Shown: positions 38,701-50,700 of the stretch, piece after piece | Position numbering within the stretch: position 1 is the stretch's first letter | Layout: every line of letters starts with the position of its first letter | NCBI RefSeq assembly: GCF_002113885.1 | Contig: NW_018404676.1 | Location: 879,740-943,739, forward strand | From: Mizuhopecten yessoensis | Lineage: Eukaryota | DNA: 64,000 nucleotides | Direction of reading: 5' to 3' | Notes under the pieces: generated by a model | Seen by the model: only the letters and a program-made list of their open reading frames with translations | The model's database searches: none | What the model was told of the DNA's origin: nothing | Position numbers and translations under genes: made by a program

Positions 38701-41700
38701 ACATACAAAACCTACCCTATACTGTAGTATGTCTGACTATAACCTGATCCCCGAGATACAAAACCTACCCTATACTGTAGTACTTCTCGCTATAACCTGA
38801 TCCCTGACATACAAAACCTACCCTATACTGGAGTACTTCTGGCTATAACCTGATCCCCGAGATACAAAACCTACCCTATACTGTAGTACTTCTGGCTATA
38901 ACCTGATCCCTGACATACAAAACCTACCCTATACTGGAGTACTTCTGGCTATAACCTGGTTCCCGAGATACAAAACCTACCCTATACTGTAGTACTTCTG
39001 GCTATAACCTGATCCCCGACATACAAAATCTACCCTTTACTGTAGTACGTCTGGCTATAACCTGATTCCCCGAGATACAAAACCTACCCTATACTGGAGT
39101 ACTTCTGGCTATAACCTGATCCCCGAGATACAAAACCTACCCTATACTGTAGTACTTCTGGCTATAACCTGATCCCCGAGATACAAAACCTACCCTATAC
39201 TGTAGTACTTCTGGCTATAACATTTCAAAGGTCATATAACTTTACCATACACACATACTGTGATAAATTAGGCCTGTTCCAGGAATCTTTAGAAGCTCAC
39301 TGGATTTTCTGCCAGTAATAGTCCAGCTGGATTGATGATGAATGATGTTATTGTTACCTACATGTAGTTGAATATGAAGATATTAAAACAACCTTTATCT
39401 CACAGGCCCTAGCAGCAGCCAAACAGGTTCATATGTATGGCAGGGATGCAGACGACACGCTGGATTGGATCCAGGAGAAGGAGGGACTTGTTACCAAAGA
39501 TGAGTTTGGCCATGACCTTGAAAGTGTGCGTGCACTACTAAGTAGACACGAAGGACTTGAGGTAAGGTTTTTAGTTATTTACAATATTATCTGTAGCAGT
39601 TAAATCAGTGTATTTTAACTAACAGTATTTTTTACGATGATTTATTTAGTTGAAATATTAAGCAGTATGAGTTGTTTTCTAAATTTTCACCAAGGTATGA
39701 AAATGAAAATGCATATTTTGAAATGATATGAGCAGTTTTCAATGCCGCAATGGAACTTTTGAAAATTGCTTTCAATTGTAAAATTGATCTTCATTAGTAA
39801 GTTTTCAAATAAACCATCAGTAGAAAAGTTGTACGATATGTGTCGTTTTCTTTTTCATGAAGGTATAAAAAAAATATGAAACAATGAGTTTCAGTACATA
39901 TGATTGATTTGAAAACAAAGAAATATTATTTAATTATGAACTTTATACTTATTATAAATGACAGGATAAACAGAAAAAAGGTCTGATGACTTAATGAATT
40001 AATTGGTATGATACGTGCTTAATCTGCTGTATATTGTATAGATCTGACCTTGACCTCATTAATGTTTTTGTACAGCGTGACCTTGCAGCCATCAGTGAAC
40101 AAGTGGAGTCCATCACGAAGGAAGCGGAGCGACTGATTGGTCAGTTCCCTGATGCCCAGGAACACATCGCAATGAAGCATGAGGAGATGGTTCAGTCATG
40201 GAACAACCTAGTCGAGAAGGCAACACTGCGGAAAGAGAAGCTACAACAGGCTGATCAGCTCCAGGTCTACTTCAACGACTACAGGGAACTCATGTTAGTT
40301 ATCACAGAAGTTTACTGAAATTTTGTTAGTAACGTATGGGACTTCATCATATGTTTGTATCAAACTGTATTTATGTATGTATCAAATGAATGTTGTATTC
40401 GATTATTTACTTAAACAACATGTTGTTAATATGCCATTCCTGATACATGTCTGCTTTATTTCAGAACTTTATGGAATCAAGTTATATATAACTTATATAT
40501 ATTTGGAAACTCGCAAATAGAAATACAACTTAACATAATTATGAAATATTTTCTGTAAGATTCACTTACATTTTAAGATACAATACCAGCTGTTGCGAGG
40601 ACAAAAAACCTGAACAAAGAGTACAATATGTACAGTGATATATTCTCCTTACAGAGCATGGATCAATGAAATGATCGCCATCATCACGTCCGAGGAACAT
40701 CCGCGGGATCTTTCCCTGGCTGAAGCCAAGATGACACTATGTAAGGAACACAAGACAGAGATAGAGAGTCGAGAGGAGGTTGTCAACACGTTTAGGGAGA
40801 CAGGACAGGTCATGATCCAAAATGGACACTTCCTGTCTGACGAGGTGTGTACCTATGGTTCCATTTCATTAGTTTATTGATTTCATTTTTAACACACACA
40901 AAAAGACAAAATACAAGAATTTGTATAACCAAATATGAAAATACTTCAATTAAAATAATGATGTTCATGTTGCTGATCTGTTCCAGATACAAGAGAAGGT
41001 GAAAGACCTAAACTCGGCGTGGGAAGCGTTATTAAGTACATTTGAGACCTACAAAAGAATCTGCGAGCAGAATCTGGAAGCCCAGGTTTGTATATCTGAT
41101 GTTATTAGTATGATCCTAGTAGTTATGGTTAAGATATGTAGTTTCTAAAAAGGAAGTTCCAATCTTATATTATTTTAAAATCAGAAAACGGTCTTTGAGG
41201 TTTTCTTAAGAACTAGAAGTACTTTTACTCGTAGCAAAAGTTTTTTCTCTCAATTGGAGAGTGCAGATTTCAAATAAACTTTATGTGCTTTAAAGAAAGA
41301 TGATTAGCTTACAATTTTATAATAACTTGATCCCCATGATTTTGTGTGACCTTGATATGACTTATGACCTTTACATTGTGCTTTTACCAGCAACTGAAAC
41401 ATGAGATGGAGCAGTTAGAGGCCTGGATGACGATCAGGGAGCCACTGATGAAGGAGAAAAATTACGGAAGTAACATTCAGGCCGTCGAAGAGTTGCTACG
41501 GCGACAAGATGACTTTGAGAAAACTGTTGATGCTCAGTCAGAAAAATTTAAAGGAATCTGTCGTAGAACACAGGTGAGGTGTTGATAGAGACAACATTAG
41601 TCCCTGGCATGTGGTTTGGCTGTGGCACTTTGAACTTTAAGGATGATGTCCATTTTAAAAATATTTTACAGATCAGAAGTTAAAAACTGAATGGAAATTA

Positions 41701-44700
41701 TAATTCAAAACACTATTAAAACAATTATCTAGATTTCATAACTGCATCAGTTCTTCTCAATAAGTTATAATGCATTCTACCAAAAGATCAATATCTCAAA
41801 AGAGTTTTCAAAATTGGCACATCATCTGTCCATTGACAGTTAGAACAGGCTGTCCTAGACTAGAAACTTTATATTATTGTATGTATTGACACATCATCTG
41901 TCCATTGACAGTTAGAACAGGCTGTCCTAGACAAGAAACTTTATATAATTGTATGTATTGACACATCATCTGTCTATTGGCAGTTAGAACAGGCTGTCCT
42001 AGACAAGAAACTTTATATTATTGTACATTCTGTATGTATTGACACATCTTCTGTCCATTGACAGTTAGAACAAGCTGTCCTAGACAAGAAACTTTATATT
42101 ATTGTACATTCTGTATGTATTGACACATCATCTGTCCATTGACAGTTAGAACAAGCTGTCCTAGACAAGAAGCATCAAGAGATTGAACTAGAGAATGCCA
42201 GAAGGGAGATGGAGAGACTGGAGGAGATACGAAAACGCGAGCAGGATAGGATTATGGAGGTACGTTAGTAAATCTTAGTCTATGTAGGTTTTATGTCTGC
42301 TCCTATTGTCTGTGTGGTTTTGTTACAATGTCAATATGAAAACTAGTTCTGCATACATATTGGAACACCCATCTGTACATCTGTAGCCCCTGGTTAATTG
42401 TCTGTGGTAACACCTGGTATTTTGTCTGTCTGCCTGTAAGCCCTAGTTAATTGTCTGTGGTAACACCTGGTATTTTGTCTGTCTGTAACCCCCGGTTAAT
42501 TGTCTGTGGTAACACCTGGTATTTTGTCGGTCTGTCTGTCTGTATTCCCTGGCTAATTTTCTGTGGTAACACCTTGGATTTTGTCTGTCTGTCTGTAGCC
42601 CCTGGTTAATTGTCTGAGGTAACACCTCATATTTTGTCTGTCTGTCTGTAGCCCCTGGGTAATTGTCTGTGGTAACACCTGGTATTTTGTCGGTCTGTCT
42701 GTCTGTATTCCCTGGCTACTTTTCTGTGGTAACACCTTGTATTTTGTCTGTCTGTCTGTAGCCCCTGGATAATTGTCTGTGGTAACACCTGGTATTTTGT
42801 CTGTCTGTCTGTCTGTAGCCCCTGGTTAATTGTCTGTGCTAACACCTTGTTTGACCTCATATTTATTGTTTGAATACCAGTTAAAAGTCATTAATTTGCT
42901 TATAAAAAAGTTGATTCACTTTAATAGTGCTATATATACAATCAGTTACTAATTTTGGGTATTTTTTTGATGTTTTGTGAACAAATCCCTTTGAGCAGAC
43001 AACCAATAGTGTAGATAATAGACTGCAATGAAATGTTTAAAAAAAGACAAAAAAACAGCATGTCTGACAAAAATAACGACTTTTCTGGTAGGACTACTGA
43101 AGTTTACAAGGTGTAATTTGGCCACACAGAGGCTGGTGACCTTACACAGCAAATCATAAAGTCACATTTTTGCCTTAGTAAACAAAGTTTCCTCGGTGAA
43201 AATATGCAATGTTGTCCTTCATGACTGGTATTTATTTTATCGTATGTATGATAGTTTTCTCGACCAATCAGATTACAAGTTTTTCAGGAAGGTATAATAA
43301 TCATAAACATTAAATGAATTGTTAACATACTGACAATGTAATGATACCTGTCTTCCCTCTGTGCTATGGGTTTGTGTGGTGTTTGCTATATTGCGTGTGA
43401 AAAAGTAGATGTGCACTTTCTAACACGTGGTCAACAGTAATTGAAAGAATAAGACATATTTTGAAGAAATTTTCAATCTTGGATGTTCGTTATTTTTTGG
43501 AAGTAAAGAATAGGATATGATAGTCATTTTCTTTCTCAAAAGGAATGGAATAAAAAAGTTCATTACAGAACATGAAAAATTGGAGATTGCATAATGGATG
43601 CTAAACAGTTTATAGCGTTTTGTAACCTGACTATCACAGATTAATCGAAATGCTTGGTTATATTTGGTGACAACCTTTGACCTGTTTTATTTTTTGCAGA
43701 CTGTGCAGAGTGTATGTTTGATTTCTTGCTTGATCTGTGTTTTTTGCAACATAATTTTTTTATGTACAATAATTTGTTTGTCCTGTTTTGTTGCTAAATC
43801 AGCTTTAAGCTTGAAGGATGTTGTAAAAGTTTTCATGTCAAATGACATGTAATTACTTTCTACCATATATTTTCATTCTGAGCTTCACTTTTTTTTCACG
43901 TTTTCTTTAACATTGATGTTCCTATATCAAGTGTGGCGAGTCTACTTACTAGTTAGTGTTTACTGTCCTTCAGAAAGTCTGTTTCTCATGATTTATGTAT
44001 TAACTATTGTAGAGACATGAATAACATCTAACTTATTTGTAATATAATTAGAAGGCCACATCACAAAGACACTTCAGAGATAATTAAATGAATGTTTACA
44101 ACTCACAGAATTCGAACATTAATCTAGTGCAGTTAAATAACAACTTACAATAAACATTACAAAGAGTTAAAACAATGTATTTTTTAAAGTTTATATAAGA
44201 AAAATGTTTAATTTGATGAAAAAATGGTATAGATTTGCCATGCACTAGCCTTCTGTTTTTGTAGCTGAATGAATTAGAAATTAACACAACTTTTTGTGCT
44301 TTAGTGCTACATGTTGTCAAGTTCAACTTGCATGAAGGCTATATATGTTGTCATAGTGATAAAGTCAGAGCTGAAATAGAGAATGCATGGATTTAAAAAA
44401 TTTAAAAAGAAAGAAAAAAACAACATTTTGTTTTCACAATGTTACAATAACTTTGAATTATCACAGCAACTTTATCTTAAGGATCATTGTACCATTGCTA
44501 AAAATGTAACTAGGAATTGGAATATTTTGATTGATCATTTCTGAATAGAAACCAATACCTTGCGGAACTTTTATGAAAAAAATAATAAAGATGAAATGAA
44601 CGAAAAATATAGTCAAATGTTTTAAGAGTCAAAATGGAACTAGGCCACACAGGGATCCTCAAACTGACTAGACGTCCAGCCACTGTGAATAAGGTCGCTC

Positions 44701-47700
44701 TAACCAACTGATCTACATGATCAGCGACCCAAACCCAGTCTCTCTATAGTTATATCCAAAGAGTCAAGCTTTAAGGGGAGGTTACTCTATGTATGAAAAC
44801 ACTACAGTGGAATTCTCTAGTGTTTTGTCTGCAATGGGACGTGCAGCTTCATTAAGTAATTCAGCATGAAAACATCCTATTTCATTACATGCATTTGAAT
44901 TTCCTGAAGATAGATGAAATAATATAACAGGATATGCTTTGCAAGTTCTTTCTTTCTATCTATCTGTAAACTTTGCTCTTTTCCATCATCTGTCTGAATT
45001 ACCCGGTAGCAGCTACATAGTTACGGCTGGAGATGTTTGCGCTGTTTAACAGAGCTGTTGACTTGTTGGTTGTTTCAGTAATTGATCATCAATATCACTT
45101 CCAGATGTTTGTAGAACAGTTTGAACATCCTCCTTTACACACAGGATGGGATGAAATGTGAATTAGAGTACTAAGTAAGTGTGTTTTTGTCACAGGAGAG
45201 GAAACGAGAGGAGGAACAGAGGAAGGCTCGGGATGTCCTCCTCAGACGACAGAAAAGTGGTGGTGATGACTCGTCAGATGAGGATGATAAGTAAGTTGTT
45301 AAAGCAGTAGTTAGTGCTTAACAATATTAACCAAAACATGAATGTTCATAGAAAATTTCCTGGGTTTTGAATGATAACTTATAAACAAAGAAGCATGAAA
45401 ACTTAAATAAGATTCATCTGTATTGTACATTTTTAGGTCACCTGAGACAAAGTCTCAAGTGACCTATTGCGATCGCCTTTTGTCCATCGTGCGTCCGTAA
45501 ACAATTTACATTTTCGACTTCTTCTCCAAAACCCCTGAAACAATTTCAATGAAATTTTGCAGGGACCTTCCATGGACAAAGGTCAACAAAAATAGTTGCC
45601 GGTTTAGTCCTAAGCCCCCAGGGGCCTGAGGGGCGGGGCCAAAAAGGGTTGAATTGACTAAATTTTCAAAAATCTTCTTCTCAAGACCCAGATATCCCTT
45701 TGCCACATGCAAGCGCCGCTGGACGCCTTTACCCCTTGCCACATGTAAGCGCTTTCCGACGCCTCTACATTATCTCAATGTAAGCGCTTCTCGATTCCGC
45801 TACGTTATCTCAATGTAAGCGCCTCTCGACGCCATGCTGTTTCGGTAAACTTAGACATGGAAAATTCCGTGATTGAGAGCGACACCTATCTGGAAATCAC
45901 CTATACTATTTTTAGAAGATATCAAGGCATCAACCAATCAGATTTGTACACGTCATTCCTACAAATAGTTTTGAATAAATTAACCTAGAAACTGCGAGTC
46001 ATGAGTGTAGAAAAGTGTCACAACAGCGAGCCGTGATGGCGACTGTCACAACTATGTTACGGGACATTTTTGAGGAGGAGGAGGATGATTAATAGTTTAA
46101 TGGCTTCAGCCCTGATGACATTGAGTCAGACATCGATCTGAACGATGTTTTTGAATGAACTGTCATCAGAAATAAGTCCGAAAATGATTATGTAAAAGAT
46201 GAACAGCGACTGGGTGTACCGCCGCCATTACGGCATTAGGTAACGACGACTCTGAACGGTCTCGAGATTTTTCACCGATCAATTTTAATGATTTTGTTAG
46301 GAAAACGGGGCTAATACTTCCAGAAAAATGTTGATGTTGATACTGCAGGTCCCGTTGATTATTTCTATCTTTTTTTTTCAATAAAAATCAGTTCACCACC
46401 ATAGCCCTAAACACACACTCGCTGGCGTTTGAAAAACGAAAATAGATTTGACCCAAAACGGTCGGATACAAATTCCGCCGCAATAAAAGCTTTTATATAG
46501 GCCTAAATATACACTGTATTTAAAAACTTCTTGTGAGAATTTTGGAAATTTGGTTTGTTGTTTTATTTGGAAGTGATAATATCATTGTTTAGTCATTTCA
46601 TTGAATCGTAATTAAAGCAAAATGAAACTTTTTAAAATGTGTCTATCCTGATATACATACAGCTGATTTCATGGTTATGTGTTCATGTTTTTATTAGGAA
46701 AATAGCACTGAATTAAAATGTAAGAAATTCTCAACATAATTTTAACTTACTGAAAATGCTGAAAACAACTATTTCAGCTTCAAAATTAAGGTTAGAAAAA
46801 CAAATCAAAACAAAACTTAATTTCTCAAAATTAAAACTGCCATTGAGATGGCGTATACACATTTCAGTCAGTGCAGCATTTTTGCATTGCAACAATGTAT
46901 CTTGGCACTATCAGTACAGAGTGTTCAAGTGTATTGGCTTGCATGTGGCAAAGGGATATGGTAGAATCAAATACTCTTCATAGATGGAAGGGTCTTAAGG
47001 TGCTTTACCGAAATTGTGAATTTCATGACCCTGGGGTCTCACGTTTCCCCCTGGGGAGGGGGTAAACTTTACTATAGTTTATATAGGGAAATCACATTTT
47101 GGACCAACATTTGTTTAATTTCCATTGGAAGTAATTCAATTTGGGTTAGCATTATCAGTATTAGGTAGCAGTTTGATAATAAGCACATATCAGCCCTGAC
47201 TGACCCCCAGGGGCTGATGGGTGGGGCCAAAAAGGGTCGAATTTACTGAAATTTCAAAAATCTTCTTCTCAAGACCCAGATATGGTAGAATCAAATACTC
47301 TTCATAGATGGAAGGGTCTTAAGGTTTATGACCCTAGGGTCTCACGTTTACCCCCTGGGGAAGGGGGGGGGGGGGCAAAATTTATTATGGTTTATAATGG
47401 CAAATGATACTTTGAATATTACATGTTAATAACTTGATTGGAATTATAACCTTGAATTGACAGTTTGATACTTTGAAAATTTTGACTGATACTACCACCA
47501 AGGGCTGTAAGGGTGGCGCTCAAAGGAGTCAGTGTGCTAAAATTTCTTCATTTTCCTTGTTAAGAATCAGAGGTGCTAGTTTCAAATCCTTTTTAGTCTG
47601 AAATCTGTATGCTAGATATTGAATAAGGTGGTTTTATTGTTTTTTGTCACTTTGAATAATATTTCTGTTCATGTTAAAAACAAAATCAACTCTCTGTATA

Positions 47701-50700
47701 AATATATCAGGTGACCGTTAAGGCCCATGGGCCTCTTGTTGTTATGAATATTTCATTTTTCTTAGTGTTTTTTGCAGCATGAAAATATATGCCACATGTA
47801 AATTCCAGCTCCTCTTGATTCAGTAGTACCTCCAGCATGAAATTGAATCTTCAACTAAATGATTGTTTTGATGTTTTACAGTGACAAAGACAAGTTGGAC
47901 CGTAACACTGTGAAGAATCTGATTGGTCGTTCCCATAGTATAAAGAAAAACAAGGGAGATAAGAAGGGTGACAAGGAGAGTGGTGGAAAGGAAGTACGGC
48001 GAGCGATTAGTTTCAAGTCTCGTACTGACGGGGCCAGCTCCCCTCCACCAGTGCTACAAAAGGCTTACGAATTTAGACAAGGGGAAGGAATAGTTCAAAA
48101 TGACAATGATGAGCCCGATGCTCCAACACTGCCACATGCCCCTCCTCCAGAGATGTTGGGTGGGACTGACCAACAGGTGATGGCCGGGCGGTCACCTCAG
48201 CTTAGCCCTAAACAGAAACGTGTAGACACTCTGAAGGATGAAGGCAAAGATAAGAAAAAGAGGACTCCTAGTTTTAATCTTCGAAGACGTACACGTAGTT
48301 TTAAGGAGAAATATAAACTTCCAGATAATTTACCCCCTGCTGAAGTTGAAGGAATTTTAGAGCGAAAACAGGAATTACAAACTGGTGGTAAAAAAGCCAC
48401 AATACGGTCATGGAAATCTATGTATACTGTATTATATGGACAAATTATGGCATTTTTCAGAGACAAAGAAGGTAAGATGTATTTCTGTTATGATGATTTT
48501 AATTGATTATTGGTAATATATCACAAATCAAACTTATGTTGTTTCTTTTCTGAAATTTGATTCATTTTATTTTTAGACATGCAGAGTATAGCTATGCTAC
48601 AATATTGATTGAAAATGAGTGTTGTTAACTTTTTACTGTTTTGTGATCAAAATGTACGGAAAATACTTTTTGGAATTATGGTGATAATCTATTATTGTTT
48701 ACGAAAGGGTAAGTAATGATACTTGGCCATTGTATGTTTGTGTGCAAGTGAGAGGAGAGGAAAGAAAACATTTCAACAAGTGCTATTTGTTTAAATTCAG
48801 TGTGTAACGTTTTTGACTTAAACTTGAGTATTGAGTGTCGAATGAATGTTGAAATATTAGGATGTTTATTAGTTTTTGAGTGATAGATGAACTCAGTGGT
48901 CCGGTGGTACTGAGGTGGTGTAAACATTGGTCCGGTGGTACGCGTTGTCACCTCTATGACAGTGTTGTAACATAACCTTGTGTGACCCTCTGAGACCACC
49001 TAATTAACACCATCTGTGTCAGACACCACTTTTAAAACTCCTCCTTGCAGTTATTCTCATGTTAGTAGATCGAACAAAATAAAAGCCCACTTTACTGTAC
49101 TTCATGTGTGGTCTCTGAACACAGATTGGGCTACAGTAAGACTTTGTTTGACCTTGATGTTGTAAGACGACCTTGAGTAATTTAGACTGTTTGTTTGGTG
49201 TATGGCTATGTATAATAGCCTTTTGTTACATTGTTTATTTTTGATATTTTGTTTTGTTTTCTGTCTTATGCGACCTTGCCTGATCATGTTTCAGCCTCTC
49301 TGGAGAAAGCACCCTGTGCTCCGTCCCTATTTATACACAATGCCTATTGTGAGGCTGCTAGAGATTACCACAAAAAGAAAAATGTATTCCGACTACGACT
49401 CAAAGATGGTGCTGAATTCTTATTGGAGGCAGGGAATCAGGGTGAAATGAACGATTGGCTGTCTAAAGTCAGCCATTTTGCAGGTAACAAACATTCCAAA
49501 ATATTGAATGGTTTGTGGATATATGTAGATAATCATGTCTTTTCCCGGTATTGTTATTACATCTGTGATTTTGTAGGTGATGTTCTGTTCATGCTATATA
49601 ATTAATAACACTCTGACTGCCTGCTTATCTTATCAATATTTATATATGATACATGCTTACCTTATATACATCTCACTAATTTGTGTGCTTATTAAGCCAT
49701 TGTTGGAGACATTTAACCTGTGTTACAACTTGAGTGATAGCATTTAGAAATGGATCAGTAATTGGAAATCAGATAACATTTAGTAATGGATTAGTAATTG
49801 GAAATCAGACAGTATTTAGAAACAATAAGAAGCATTTAGAGACCAAAACAGTATTTAGAAACATAAACAAATGAAATGTATATAGAAGTAGTCATCATCA
49901 TGTAAAAACACCTTCAAACTTTTGCATTTGTTTTTATATGCTTCATAATTGTATAAGGGAGAGTTCATACATGTAAAGGGGAATGTTGGTACAAACTTAG
50001 GTGAGGGTCTTCATACAGGTAGGGAAGGGTCTTCATACAGGTAGGGAAGGGTTTCATACAGGTAGGGAAGGGTCTTCATACAGGCAGGGAAGGGTCTTCA
50101 TACAGGTAGGGGGGAGGTCTTCATACAGATAGGGAAGGGTCTTCATACAGGTAGGGAAGGGTTTCATACAGGTAGGGAAGGATCTTCATACAAGTAGGGA
50201 AGGGTCTTCATACAGATAGGGAAGGGTCTTCATACAGGTAGGGAAGGGTCTTCATACAGGTAGAGAAGGGTCTTCATACAGGTAGGGAAGGGTCTTCATA
50301 CAGGTAGGGAAGGGTCTTCATACAATTAGGGGAGGGACTTCATACAGGTAGGAAAGGGTCTCGTACAGGTAGAGAAGGGGGATTACGCATAGCATAGGGG
50401 GGTGATATAAGCATACATAAGGGGACTTTGTATATTTAGATAATATTGTCTTAGTCAAAACATTATACTGTCTGGAAAATGTGTAAAAGCTTTAACGTTT
50501 TTAACTTTGTGAAGCTTATTGAATAGTAATAAAAGTGTTGATGCTTTTAGTGTTTGATATACACACAAATATGTAACCCTATAAACATGTACATACCTCT
50601 GATTAGACCTGACCATATACATTCACAGCTGTAAAAGGCAATGTTACTGAACTCTGCAACTATTTAAAGATAAAATGTTAATTGAAAACAACTGAGAAAT

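Noticed and set aside
50005-50380. CAGGTAG cluster as a Zelda/TAGteam enhancer
   Set aside because: Zelda is an arthropod factor, and nothing here indicates such a host or an enhancer role.
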